A DNA stretch of 64,000 nt from Amoebidium appalachense (taxonomy: Eukaryota; Protista; Ichthyosporea): assembly GCA_963693365.1 (NCBI GenBank), contig CAVNZM010000017.1:5694708-5758707 (forward strand), read 5' to 3'. The notes below the pieces were generated by a model that saw only the letters and a list, made by a program, of their open reading frames with translations, was not told the origin of the DNA and made no database searches. Shown piece by piece: positions 1-29,360 of this stretch. The translations under genes were made by a program, and so were the position numbers. Numbering within the stretch: position 1 is the stretch's first letter; each line of letters opens with the position of its first letter.

Positions 1-240
1 AACACACCACAAAAATGGAAAATTGCTATAAAAAATAACAAAAAAAGCTAAGGACACCAAAAAAAAAAAAAAAAAAAAAAAAAAAGCCACCAAAAAAAAA
101 AACAAAAAAAACCCCCGCGCATTTCACTTTCCGGAGAAGAGTGAGAGAAATCCTATGTGTCGTACCTTAAGCTATGCCGGCACCTATACGGCGCAAAAAT
201 AATGATCGTCGTGGAGGTATTGACTGGGTGTGACTTGCAG

Positions 241-10146
<9,906 letters not shown>

Positions 10147-10249
10147 GTGGGTGGCCGTGATCCCCTTAATAAGACACGTGTGCACATGAGTGCATGCACA
10201 CACGTGGTCACATATGCATGTACCTGCACGCACACACGCACACACAAGC

Positions 10250-10712
10250 ACACACACACACACACACACAACAAAAACACAAACAAGTACACACACACAC
10301 ACACACACAACAAAAACACAAACAAGTACACACACACACACACACACACACAACAAAAACACAAACAAGCACACACACACACACGCACACAACAAAAACA
10401 CAAACAAGCACACACACACACACACACACACACAACAAAAACACAAACAAGTACACACACACACACACACACAACAAAAACACAAACAAGCGCGCACACA
10501 CACACACACACACAACAAAAACACAAACAAGCACACACACACACACACACACACACAACAAAAACACAAACAAGCACACGCACACACACACACACAACAA
10601 AAACACAAACAAGCACACACACACACACACACACACAACAAAAAGACAAACAAGACACACACACACACACACACACACACACAACAAAAACACAAACAAG
10701 TACACACACAAA
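10250..10712. repeat. Minisatellite of ~40 bp units: constant CAAAAACACAAACAAG core plus variable (CA)n
   Basis: About 11 copies of the core (one variant CAAAAAGACAAACAAG) separated by CA runs of variable length. Confidence 0.9.
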
Positions 10713-11179
10713 AGCACATACACTTGCGCGCCATGTGCACAAGCACGTGCATGCATGCACACACATAGGCACACACTTCCGCACACACACGCGCGCTTGC
10801 GCACACACTCACACCCACAAGCACGAGCACTTATTCTGTCATTATTTCGGAAAGTAATTAACGTAAAGTAGTAGTATCAATAAAGAGAATAATGGAAAAG
10901 CAGGAACGGAGTGCCAAAAAGTCAAACAGAACCCATAATAATCATAAATGGTCGATATATCTACAACCATAATCCAATATATCCAATTTACTGACATTCT
11001 CAAATTCAGGATATCAAGGATCTGGAGATGGGGCCAGTGAAGAAGAGCGCACACCGGTCAAAAACACAACAATATATCCGTTTTGTTTGAGGAAAAACAA
11101 GGGTGGGAGTTCCCAAAACCACACAAATATATCGGTTTTTATTGATTAAAACTCAAGAATAGAAGTGATCAAAAATACA

Positions 11180-11218
<39 letters not shown>

Positions 11219-11477
11219 TTGGTATGAGAAAAACGAGGAAGGAAGTGAGGGAGGGTTGTTGAATATCATTGTAACCTAGCTTGAAGAAGAGTCCACAACT
11301 TTAAAACAGAGCAACATCTTTTTTCGCCACTTGAATGGGCCAGTGATATACAAGTGCAAACGCTCATGTGTAATGAGGATGGGCAGGGTATATAGTTGTT
11401 TTTAGGTGGTCTGTTAACTTTTGTTTGACCGGATCGACTTCAATGTTTCCTCTCGTCGGCACTTTCAAAGAATTTTT

Positions 11478-11631
11478 GGTATCTTTTTGTATCAAAGTTA
11501 TGGGCCTGGCTGACGTCATGTCAGTACAGTACGTCACTGATAACATAAGCTATTTTCGGTATCTTTTTGTATCAAAGTTATGGGCCTGGCTGACGTCATG
11601 CCAGCACAGTACGTCACTGATAACATAAGCT
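11478..11631. repeat. Tandem duplication, 80-bp period, each unit containing a TGACGTCA palindrome
   Basis: GGTATCTTTTTGTATCAAAGTTATGGGCCTGGCTGACGTCATG...ACGTCACTGATAACATAAGCT at 11478-11551 and 11558-11631, near-identical. Confidence 0.92.
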
Positions 11632-11837
11632 TTAACATGTGTTAAAGAACTTCCGATTTTTGCAATAAAGCAATGATGCCATCAGTTGAAACCCCATGCC
11701 AAGTAAAAAGATAACCGTGTGTAAAGTACAGTTGCCTGAAATTTCAGTAAAAAATATATCTCCTGTGTCTGCAGGGGAAGAGGCCATACATAAACATCGC
11801 GAATCGGAGAACCCCCCCCCCCCCCCCCCCCCCTTCT

Positions 11838-11885
<48 letters not shown>

Positions 11886-12056
11886 GGGCCTCTCCCTCTC
11901 CCTCTATCCCCCCCTCTCTCTCTCTACCTCTCTCGCTTTCTCCCACTCTTCCCCCTCCCCCCTCCCCCCTCCTCTTTCTCTGCCCCTCTCTTAGTGACAC
12001 ACGACAACCCCTACCAGCATGGATCTCACGTAATTGCCACTTTGTGACATCCTTAT

Positions 12057-12101
<45 letters not shown>

Positions 12102-12473
12102 CACACACACACACACACACACGCGCGCGCGCGCCAAGTTTGTGTAACAAAACGTTAACGACCAAAAACCCATGGAGGGTTTGGACCCCTTGAATTGTAA
12201 CACATTGGGGCCTGCAAAGTCGAAAACAAAGAACAGCAAGATATTAAGCAGCCCCCCCCCCCCCCCCCCCCCCCCCCCCATCCTCCCCCCAACCAAACCA
12301 CCACCGCCGCCACCACCATCACCACGGGGAGAGAAAGGTGGGTCTCAAAAAACTAAAAAGAACTTGATTAGGGTTGGATGTGCCAAGTGAAAGCTTCTTA
12401 GAGGAATAGAGTGTTGGTGCTGGGTGTTTCTTTTTTTCCCGTGCAATTTTTTAAAGTTTTTTTTTTTTTTGGT

Positions 12474-12510
<37 letters not shown>

Positions 12511-12745
12511 GTATGTAACCAGAAGCCATAGAGCCAGAAGAGCACATACTTGGCACGGGGACGGGGGGTGGGTGGGGTGGGGGGGGGGGGGGGGGGGGGG
12601 GAGGGGCCACAGGGGTCGACAGATGGAAATAGGGGGAAGGACGTGGAAGGGTTGACAGGCACGTGCATGCAAACACCTGCAGAGGGGGAGATGGAGCCGT
12701 GGTGGCAGGTGAACGTGGGCAGGCAGATGGCCGTGCATTATCTGG
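12511..12745 (+). pseudogene. Decayed F-type lectin (fucolectin/FTP-like) domain exon
   Basis: One frame reads VCNQKP*SQKSTY-[poly-G]-GPQGSTDGNRG...GTCMQTPAEGEMEPWWQVNVGRQMAVHYL. This matches the FTP pattern KPxxQSST...AxDGN...CTHT...PWWxVDL. In-frame TAG at 12529-12531. Confidence 0.62.
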
Positions 12746-12896
12746 TGTGGATGTGGGTCACGGTTGTTGTCTTTTATTGTATATTTCCCCCCAAATTTTC
12801 TTAAATTTCCCCCAACGAAATCCCATTTCATCCCCCCCTCCTCCTCTTGCCACCGCGGTGTGAGTGTACATGTGAGTGCGTGTATGTGTGACACTG

Positions 12897-12950
<54 letters not shown>

Positions 12951-12983
12951 TGTGTTTGTGTGTGTGTTGTGTCGCAGTGTACA

Positions 12984-13095
<112 letters not shown>

Positions 13096-13985
13096 GGGGG
13101 GGGGTGTTGTTGACCAGGTCATAGACTGAGTCATATCATCAGTTGTATTCTCAGCACGGCGGTGTTTCTAGATGGCCGTGATTCTCAGCGTTTCTTTAAT
13201 GAACACAATTTCAAGGCTGCAATATCACAACATTAGATATACTTTCTAAAAAAGGCAGTTTTAAGGGTCAAAATAGCACATTACGAACCAGATACTCTAC
13301 TGTAGGAAGAATGGTTCTCAATGAACGTGGCTAATGACCACCAATTCTACACGTGTCCGCAGTGGTTATCAAAATGCTTGTGAAAACTTAAATAGAAAAA
13401 AGAAAAACTATGTATATAGTATATGTATACTGTATATGTATATGTTTCATGGCATTTCGATATGAATGAGATGGCCAAAACACAATTTGATCACCTAACA
13501 GCTCCCGACGCAGCAAGGATATATCGTTCGAAATTCCCTTGAAGACACACACTTTCTTCATGTGCTTATACTATATATAGTACATAAGTTAATACCCTGA
13601 TATGCTCAGAATAGTCATTGCTTAAAAAGGAAAAGGGTTTAAAAAAAAATCGGGTCAAAGAAGTACATAACGTACGGAACCACATACACCACTGCAGGCA
13701 GACGTTCTTAGTGGTTCATGATGATCATTCATATATGTACACCGTGATACTTATTAAAATGCCAGCAGAAGGTTAATATTACATGTTTTAAAAATCCAAC
13801 AATATTCCATGATGTTGTGCACAGTCAAGATATAATGTACAATTATTGGCAAAACTGATTGGTTATTTATATAAGTGCATTCGTTAGCACTTAACATTCG
13901 CATTCTCAAGTAAAAATAACATAGAAATTAAAAATATTGAATTACTGCTAAGTTCAATTACAACAAAAATATTAAGACTGTCACT

Positions 13986-14677
13986 TTATGCACCCTTTGC
14001 CCAATTATCTCCGCACTTCTCCTTCTGTGCCTTCAGGGCCTTTTCCAGCGTCATCTCAAACAAGTCCTCCCTCAGCCAGTAGTCGGTCCTCCGTCTTGCA
14101 GCCGTGCGATTCCGGGCACCTGGAATAGTCTGGTATGTGCTCGTTGCTGACAAAGAAGCGCACGTTGAGGGGACCGGCCACACCCATGGAGAACGGAGAC
14201 CGGGCCATGTAGTCGGCAGGAACACCGCGGGTCTCAATGACAATCGAATAATTTGGGGCAAAGATCAGACTCTTGAGCTGGGAACTGTGAGAGGACACCA
14301 TCAGCCCAAAGTACGGTCCGACCCATCCTCCCCACCAATGCTCACATTCGTGTACGTCATGCCGTGGCGCGCAAAAACGCGATCCAGCACATCGTAATTT
14401 AGAATCATGCGCCTGCCTGTGCCCTCGGTGCGCTGAAGAACAACGGCACGGGGTGGGGGGCCGCCGGCCGTGTTTTTGTATCCGTACTGGGCGTATGTAG
14501 GGCTTGGCGGCAAACTCCAGGCCTCCACCTCTGGCCTTGCTCCTCCGACTGCAAGACGTACTCGAGCCCATGGTCACGGGCGGGCTCCCACGCCTTCTCC
14601 ATGCAGACGACCCTCATCTTCTGCTCCAAGATATCCTCGAGGAAGAAAGACTTCTTGAAAAGGTCGGCGGCAATGGG
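13986..14677 (-). pseudogene. Frameshifted terminal exon resembling the C-terminus of a glycosyltransferase family 61 (DUF563-like) protein
   Basis: Successive frames give RAVVLQR..GRRMILNYDVLDRVFARHG / FGLMVSSHSSQLKSLIFAPNYSIVIE / DYWLREDLFEMTLEKAL, resembling GT61 RRxxN...HGAxLxxxxF...VIE. At least 3 frame changes. CAG acceptor at 14680-14678. No upstream exons recognised. Confidence 0.55.
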
Positions 14678-15371
14678 CTGGGCAATTGCAATATGCATAT
14701 TGCAAGTCAAGCTTTCTTGATCTTAATATTTACTTCTTCGCAAAGAAAATTTTTAAAAGGGATCAGCCTGCCACTTTACCGCTTTGAATATGGTTAGGTC
14801 ACGCCGTATTCGACGCTTCATTTTGATTGAAATTGTCATCTAGAGCAATGTTCCCCATACACTACCATTAAAAATGAAAATTATGTTCTGAAATCTGAAT
14901 GACTTCTGCAGTGCACATTTCAAATTTTCCGCCCATATCTGATTCTGACAGAAATAATCTTAAATGAATAACAGTTTATAAAGAAAACAAATTTGATCAC
15001 ATCTATAGTAATTTCTGACACACTATCCAAAGGTTTTATGTTTTATGGGCTCGAATTTAAATCACCACTTTCAAGCCCGCTTACATGGCAAATTAGGCCC
15101 AATTCCAGTGATCGTCAAACAAACAAGGGCTGTAAATTTTGAGAGCGTTTTCACCGTACTCGGATGGAGTCACGCACGACAACGTGCGTGAGGTGCTAAA
15201 ATATTGAGTGTGTGGCATATATCGGCATACGTCACTAGAGGCTGTGGCACATGCATACATGTGCTGTTCAACCTAGCCAATGCAGTATGCTGCTGTATAA
15301 ATGCATATGGCAAGCTCCTCCAAGTCATTATCACTGATGATATCCGACTCCTCCCCATAGCTATTTCTAGC

Positions 15372-15456
<85 letters not shown>

Positions 15457-16494
15457 ATATCGGGCCTTCCCCGCCCTCTCCCCCTCACCAACCGCCACAC
15501 ATACATGTACACGCACACGCACATGCACAAACAATTAAGGCTCTCCACCGCCCCCCCCGGGCCCCCCCGTGCCTTCCCCGGACCCCCTGCCCCCGGCCCA
15601 TGGGCCACGTCCGTGTCTGCGGCCAGGCCGTCTTTTTTTCAGAGGGCCGTGGCCACGTGCACCCCACGGAAAAAAAGTGCGTACAAGCACAGTGCGTGGG
15701 CAATTGACAGGACTGGATATCGGCCGACGCACGGCCCGAACGGTCATGCGCGCACCATAATAATAATAGTTTATTTACATATGTTCTAAGAATATAATAT
15801 ATATATGCTTGCCATGATCATGAACATGCTAGTACTACATATCCGCGGCCGCCTGCATACAGCCACTCATACAGCCTGGGCTGGGGCCGAATCTTGAGTC
15901 AGGTGGTCACGAGCAGACTGACGACTGCACCGGCCCGATATCAATGCCGCGACCCAAATAAATTAGTTCATTGAGTAGTAGGAGGAACATTGTAATTAAG
16001 GAATTAACCCATTACGGGTCCCGTGCTCGTGTCCCCACATCATGTAACAGTAAGCCAAAAAAACAATCAGCTCATATGCATGATCATCCGAGCTGGGCTG
16101 TGACGTATACGTACACTGTAGTTGGAGGCTGATAGCGAAAAGGCTGACCACCTATCGTTCATCATCCGGCTCGAGCCGAGTGTACACAAAACATAATAAT
16201 TTGACGAGAACATCAATAACTTAATTATAAAAATAATTTCACACCCCGATAACAAGTCGGAATGATGATGCAAAAATATGTTCACGTCACCCACGTGACT
16301 CGCGGCCCCTGTAATTTTTTCAGAGCCCCTGTAAAAGGAAAAATGGTTGCTGCTCTCAGTCAGTCAACGAAACCCTTCTTTGTATTTTTTATGCACAAAC
16401 TGAACGGCTCGTGGTTTAAAACTATGTACATAGGAGTCACGGGGAGGACGGGTGTGGGAGTGAATGACTAGAAGGGGGCCGGGGGGTGGGTGGG

Positions 16495-16690
<196 letters not shown>

Positions 16691-17609
16691 AATGGGTTGG
16701 AATGACAAAGTTTTGGGCCCAGCCTACAGTTCCTAACTTACCCTGCGGCTAATCGGGAACCCCCCCCCCCCCCCCCCCCCTCTCCTTTACACACACACAG
16801 TGTCACTGGGATTAAATCACTGCACTAGGCTACCACTCTGTGCGTGTACACATGTGCCTGTGTTGGTGTGTGTTCGTTCGTATGTAATATACTATAGGGT
16901 ATAATATAATATACTATATGCTATGACAACTTTGTACTAATGTGTCACCGTAATGTGTCAGTACTTGTGGCTTCGTATTCGTGGAGCAAGGGAGGTTAGA
17001 GGAGGGGAGCTAGGGGCCCGGGGGGGGGGGGGGGGGGGGGGAGGGGGGGGCCCGGGGGAGGGGGGGGGGGGGGGGGGGGGGGGGAGAAGAACTTCGGAGG
17101 TAGGTGTGTCTGTGTGACACTGTGTGTGCGCGCACGCGGCCGCGTGTGTTTGTGTGTGTGTGTGTGTGGAGGAGGAGGAGGAGGGGGGGAGGGGGGGGGG
17201 AGGGGGGAAGAGGATTTAGGACAGGCTCCACATCAGTACACCCATTTTTTTGTTACTATGTTATCACATCCCTTTGTGCGCATGCATCTCAAACATTTAT
17301 TATACCACCTGTTCATATTATAGTGGACGTGTACGGTTACCCGTTCAGATCTGCTGATTCTTTTTGTCCTCCAAACCCACATACACTTACGTCACTGCCA
17401 ATACTAAACGCAAAGCCCTCCCTCCTTATAATATCTTATTAACTCACTCAACTCGAATGATTTCAGCCCCGCCTGCCACCGACCTCCCGGAAGAACGGGA
17501 GGGTTTTATATATTCTGCGTGCAGTACACTTGCCTGGCTAACAGTGCGAGACAAACTATGACAATAATATTCTTCCCTTTTTGGAAGGAATTACCGGGAA
17601 ATTTCCTTA

Positions 17610-18380
17610 TTAGGACATACCCATGTACCCCGTGCCATCATCCAAGTCCTCCTCGCTCATCTCCGGATCATCCTCGTTTTCTTCATCCCCGTCTGAGTCC
17701 TCCCCCTCTCCCTCGTTTCTGTCCTCTGCCGCCCACACGTCTCCCATATCTATCACCTCCCTTTCTCCCTCTCCCTCTCCCTCTCCCTCCCCAATTTCAT
17801 CCTCTGAATCTCCCTCCCTCACATCCGGATCCCAGTTTCTACCTTGAATTTCATCCCCCTCTTCCACTTCTTCATCGTTTTCTTCAACCTCGATTTTGTC
17901 CTCGTTCCCCTCTCCATCGTTCGTTTCCTCGGTCACCTTTTCGACCTCCGTCAAATCGGCTCCCGTGTTTTTCGGTCGATTTTCCGTTGCAGCCGCAGCG
18001 GCGCTTGTTGCGAAATCATCGCCCACCCCTCCGTCAATGCGAGTTCCCGGAATTTCATTCGCTTTTCCGTTCTCACCTGCTGAACGCGCCACTCCAACAA
18101 CCCCTGCTTTAACCTTTTCCGTGTTTATATCCGGTTTTTGCATTGCGGCATCATCGGTGCCTCTCGCAGCCAAGGGTGACGGTCTTTTCGGAAGCGCCAA
18201 ATTTCCGGAATTTACATTCAACCCGCCAAACAAGAGATCGGGGCGTTGCACGGGTTGCGGTGCCTTAAACTGCGGCTTAACCACGGCTGGGGGCCGTGGG
18301 GGAAGTATTTGTCGTGGTGGCTGATTCTCCAATCGAATTCGTTTGTTGGTCCCGTAAACGTCACGTTCGTCTCCACTGCC
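17610..18380 (-). CDS. Terminal exon encoding a Pro-rich then very Asp/Glu-rich disordered tail of an unknown protein
   Basis: Open ~255 codons of non-repetitive sequence after a pyrimidine tract and CAG (18383-18381); ends GYMGMS-stop. Confidence 0.7.
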   Translation of the reverse strand, partial: GSGDERDVYGTNKRIRLENQPPRQILPPRPPAVVKPQFKAPQPVQRPDLLFGGLNVNSGNLALPKRPSPLAARGTDDAAMQKPDINTEKVKAGVVGVARSAGENGKANEIPGTRIDGGVGDDFATSAAAAATENRPKNTGADLTEVEKVTEETNDGEGNEDKIEVEENDEEVEEGDEIQGRNWDPDVREGDSEDEIGEGEGEGEGEREVIDMGDVWAAEDRNEGEGEDSDGDEENEDDPEMSEEDLDDGTGYMGMS

Positions 18381-18622
18381 CTGGATGGGAAAGAAAGGCA
18401 AAAACATGAGTGGCTAACCTCCCCCCTCCCCCCCCAAACACACACAAACTCCTATGTGATATACACATATATACAAGAACATGCAAGACACACATACACA
18501 CACACATACACACACACACGGGGGGGGGGGGGGGGGGGGGGTAGACAGCCAAGCACACAGAAATCATGCACTCATGCAGGCAAGTTGCACACAAGCACTC
18601 ACACACACGCTACAACGACACA

Positions 18623-18663
<41 letters not shown>

Positions 18664-19109
18664 AAAAAATGCTACTAAACAGGGAGTACGGCAGAAAACA
18701 AGTCTCGGCATGAAAAAACAAAGATCCTGGTATCTACCATTTCATCTACCACCCACGTTAAATCTTATTAGCCAACCCCCCCCCCCCCCCCCCCCCTCCT
18801 CTCTCTCTCCCCCCCCCCCCCCCCCCCTCTCTCTCTTCCCCCCCCCCCCCCCCCTCCCCTCTCCCCCCCCCCTCAAACACACACACACACACAAAAAAAA
18901 AAAAAGAGAGAGAGAGAGAGAGAAACCAAAATACAGGGAAAAAACGAAGGGCACACTGGAGGAATCACAACCACGAAAAAACACGAGCTGGTCTGTGGCA
19001 TACATTGGTGCACACATTCCTATCACCCGTTGGATCTTCTTATTCATTTAGCGTCATGGAAATTGCCAAGTATAGCGTGAATTAGTAATCCTATAATGAA
19101 CACGCGCCA

Positions 19110-19147
<38 letters not shown>

Positions 19148-19242
19148 ACCCCCCCGGCCCAAAATGCAAACCCCACACAGAGAGCTTGTTCTTTCACCCT
19201 GGTCCGCACACTGCAACGTAACACGCAAGCACAACTGTGGGA

Positions 19243-19296
<54 letters not shown>

Positions 19297-19505
19297 ACGT
19301 GACCACCACCACCACAAAAATTGAATAAATAAATAAACAAATAAAATAAAATAAAACAAAAAACACTCAGCCACTCACCCATCCACGCACACACCCACCC
19401 ACACCCACCCACACGCACACAATCGCAAAACAAAAGGGAGGAGGGGAAAAGGAGACATCCATCCACCCACACATTTAGAACTATAAATAGCCATCCAATC
19501 AGCAC

Positions 19506-25330
<5,825 letters not shown>

Positions 25331-25903
25331 GTAGCCGTGCCAACACAAACATTCACATGGTAGCAAAACATGAAACACACCAAAAATCACTTATCTAGCT
25401 ATAAATACACTTTTGTTAGACGGGCCATCAATGTATACTTATACTATCCATGTATGCTACTACTGAAAACCAACACCTTTGTTTCTCTTGGAGCTTTCCT
25501 CTTAAACCCACTGCTTCAGTCTAACTATGTTGCCCGATGTGCCGATCGAGCCGATATCTCCCCCGCCACTGCTTGTTGGAAAAAAGCACCGTGTATTAAG
25601 GACGGTGGCTCTGGTTGTGGTGGTGGTGGATGGGGGCCGAGGGGGGTGTCGTGTGTAGTGCGTGTATGTGTGTGTGTGGGGGGAGGGGGGGGGGGGGGGG
25701 GGAAGTCTTGTTAGAAGGCTCAAATGGTTTTCTGACCTAAAAGGTACTGAAGGGGAAACTAGTTGAGAGAGAAAAAAGAGCGCCAACGACACCCCAGCAC
25801 ATGAAGGAAAATGAAAAAGAATGGGGCGGGACGGAGAAAGTGGATCGATGGGAGAGGGTAGGCCCTGGATAGAGAGTGAGAGGGCGCCCGGGGGGGGGAG
25901 GGG

Positions 25904-25935
<32 letters not shown>

Positions 25936-27195
25936 AGGGGGGGTAGGAGAGAGAGAGAGAGAGAGAAGAGAGAGAAGAGAGGGAGGGGGGGGGGGAGAGC
26001 AAGGGAAGGTAGACGGAGGGAGGGAGAAAGAGAGTGGGTGCGAGGGATTTCAAACTAAGTCGGAGCGAGAGCACTGGACTCCTCACAGAAGAACAGAAGG
26101 AGAAGGGGAGACTCCCTCACATACACAGAGAGAAGGGGGGGGGGGAGGGGGGGGGGAGGGGGGAATGCCCCAGGAGGAATCCGGAGAGAGACTCAAAGAA
26201 CGACAGATGACTCTAAGTCCAGGCGAAATGCGGGACCAACTTCGCTAAGTTAAGATCGTGTGCACCCACCGGGGGGGGGGGGGGGGGGGGATAAAGCGCT
26301 GTGATTAAGGTTAAAAAACAACAGGTGCTGGCCTGGATGAACCTGGGGGGAGTCGAGTTGGACGATAGAAGAGGAAAGATCAAATAGGACCACAGCAGTG
26401 AGAGGGGGGAGACAGAAGGTGACAAACAGAGAGAGTGCCGTGTGTGTGTGGCGGAGGCCAGACAGAGGAAAGGGGACGGAGGGTATAGCTCTAAGAGAAA
26501 GGAGAAGCTAACTTAGCCGCGAGGCGCTTCGCCTTTGAACCGTTCACCGTGACCATGGCAAGTAAGTAGCACGCTGGTTTCGGACTGGCAGGTTACGAAA
26601 AAGGACGTCGGCCTGCCTGCGTGGCAGATGCACAGGAGTCTCAGCAAGAGAAGAAAGAAACGAGTGAAAGCTAGGGGTGATGGGTGAGTGGTTATCTCGC
26701 AGAAGACGGAACCACGAGCGACACCAACTTCATAGCCACATCTGCAAGCATTGGCAAAACACCCACAGGCTAGTACTACTATACCAACTCTAGATCTATT
26801 ACGATATATCGTGCTTGTGGACTTTCTGATATGCCTTTTTTTTTTTTTTTTTTGCTTCCGTGCTTTTTGGGCAGGGAGGGGAGGCCGGGGGGCGGGGGGG
26901 GGGGGGGGGGAGGGGGGTGTGTGTGTGTGTGTGTGGGGGGGGGGGGGGAGGGAGGGGGGAGCCAACCCGGGAAACATAACAGACAGGAAGAAGGAGGAAG
27001 GTGAGGGAAAGAGAATCACTTCAAGCATAGGCTATGCCGTTTGTGGTGGGGCAAGAAGCAAGCCCTATAGCACCCATACAAGTGATATGCAAACCAGTCT
27101 GAGCGAAGTTGGTCACCGCGGCCTCGCATGGATCTCAAAAAAGAAAAGATACATGTAGTAGCAAAGGAGGGAGGGGGGGGGGGGGGGGGGGGGGG

Positions 27196-27226
<31 letters not shown>

Positions 27227-27463
27227 AGGGGAGGAGGAGGAGAAAGAGGAGAGAAACAGCCGATAGTCGCAAACCCCCAACAACATCCACAACTAGCCTG
27301 GGGTGATGATGGCAAGGCACTAACATGGCACTCACCGATGATGCGTTCTGATCCCCCCTCGTGTTTTTCTTTCGCTTATTATGCTGTAGCTAAGCAACCT
27401 AATCTGAAAGGCGCCCGGGCTGGAGCCTTGAGAACCGATGACCCCGTCAGCAGTAGAATTTTT

Positions 27464-28211
27464 TGTCAGAATAAATAATGTGTGTAATGATATCTCACTC
27501 ACTCGTTAGTTCTATTTTAGGTGTTTTTGGTCTTTGTTAGAGAGATTTGTGTAAATATGTGTGTTTCTTAGTCACTTGGCTATCCGATCAGATTGCGTCC
27601 GGCTATCGGGGCTCCGATTATCGCCACTAGGGCTCGCACCACAGTTGTTAGCTCCGATTGGCTAGCTACGCATGTAGATCCCGGGCTGGATCTGTTTAGA
27701 TTCTGGTGAAGTTCCCGAGAGCACCAGGACCACAAAAGAGAGCACAAGTGTACTTGCCTTCGTATAAAACAGCTACTGTCCAGACAGTAGCTGTGGGCTC
27801 GACAGTCATTAAATACGAGTGTGCTGTCATTTGTAGGTCACGCCCGACACTTGTGATGGTCAGTGTGTGTGTGCCGTCACACACACTTGCAGCATTCACA
27901 CGGCTGCAGCACCTTTGTGGATAAGCTTCATCACCTAATTAGCTACGTTCGTGTTAGGTTGCAGTCACTAGCTGTCGTACTTGTGTATTGCTGCAGACAC
28001 GAGACAGCGCGGGATAATAAGGGTTTGAGTGACAACTCAATAGTGTGAAGACTTTATTAATAGTCTGGGTGCCAACCCAATGTGCCTTAGTTTAGTGACA
28101 CGATAGATAGAATCTAAGATATATAAAGGATAGCTAGCTTACGGTGCCGCCCTTCTAGCTAATAAGTGGAGTGCCGTCTCCGGATAGTATAGTGTGAAGC
28201 GTTTTCTGACA
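27464..28211 (-). mobile_element. Probable solo LTR (748 bp)
   Basis: TG...CA ends with an 8-bp terminal inverted repeat (TGTCAGAA / TTCTGACA). Flanks TTTTT / TCTTT fit a degenerate 5-bp TSD. On the minus strand a TATATA (~28125) is followed by AATAAA (~28057). Confidence 0.5.
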
Positions 28212-28757
28212 TCTTTAACTGTGTTGCATACAAAAACGTCTGTATATTTCCTATGCACCACCGCAGCTGTTATGTTGTGTTTTGTTACCACTGTTACCGT
28301 GTACTGTTATGTAACAGTTTCGATCGATCTGCACCATTTCCAGTTAGATTTGATGACGTGGCACTAATTCACTGCGCGCAGCGGATATTGATACTACCCA
28401 AATGTAAGGGTGTTACTAAACATAGAAAGATAAAAATAGAATTTTCGAGACGGCCATGGCCCATGGCCACGGCCCTCTTCAGAGGGCCGTGCCCATGGCC
28501 CGGCGGCGGTCGGGCCGGCGGTGAGGTCGTCAGAATTTTGGCGCCAAAACCGGGGGTTTAATTGGAACACGGCCTGGTGTTTGCGCAACCATGCATGCGC
28601 ATGTGGCAGCTGCAGGTGGCAGGTTACAGTTTTTCAACCTGTGTCCCTCGGGCTCATAAATCAAAGTCTATAAGAAAAATACACCTAAAAACTCATAATA
28701 CGTATGTACGTGCACCGGTGGCCGCTCTACTCAGCGGTATCATGGCCATCATAACCT

Positions 28758-29000
28758 GGGGGGTTTACGCTGTTTACTCGAGGCAAAGAGAACCAGTCTC
28801 AGGTATGGGGGGGGGGGGGGTTTGCTCGGAATATCCCCTCAGCGGTATATCATGATCACGTACATAGATGTCGGGTGGTGACTATATATCAGGGTTTACT
28901 TTCTCTACGAGACACCATAAAGACTACAAGGAGAAATCAATTAGTTGGGGTTCCCCGTTTTTTTTTTATTTTTTTATTTTTTTTTTATTTTTTTTTTTTA
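28758..29000 (+). mobile_element. ~240-bp short element ending in poly-T, copy 1
   Basis: Flanked by the direct repeat TCATAACCT (28749-28757 and 29001-29009). Near-identical inverted copy at 29120-29360. Confidence 0.7.
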
Positions 29001-29112
29001 TCATAACCTTTGTGGTCCACCGTGATGGCGGCGCCGCCAAGAATCGTTATAATTAGATTTCACACCCTGGTGCGCGATGGGCTGACGACAGGCATGATAG
29101 TGGGGACATATG

Positions 29113-29119
<7 letters not shown>

Positions 29120-29172
<53 letters not shown>

Positions 29173-29360
29173 GGGGAACCCCAACTAATTGATTTCTCTT
29201 AGTCTTTATGGTGTCTCGTAGAGAAAGTAAACCCTGATATATAATCATCACCCGACATCTATGTACGTGATCATGATATACCGCTGAGGGGATATTCCGA
29301 GCAAAAACCCCCCATACCGGAGACTGGTCTCTTTGCCTCGAGTAAACAGCGTAAACCCCC
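29120..29360 (-). mobile_element. Same ~240-bp element, inverted copy 2, plus a ~29-bp third end fragment at 29371-29399
   Basis: Reverse complement of 28758-29000; flanked by ATATAT (29114-29119 and 29361-29366). Confidence 0.68.

Noticed and set aside
10250-10712. CRISPR-like array of constant repeats at regular spacing
   Set aside because: The spacers are only (CA)n, the repeat is non-palindromic, there are no cas genes and the context is eukaryotic. It is a minisatellite.
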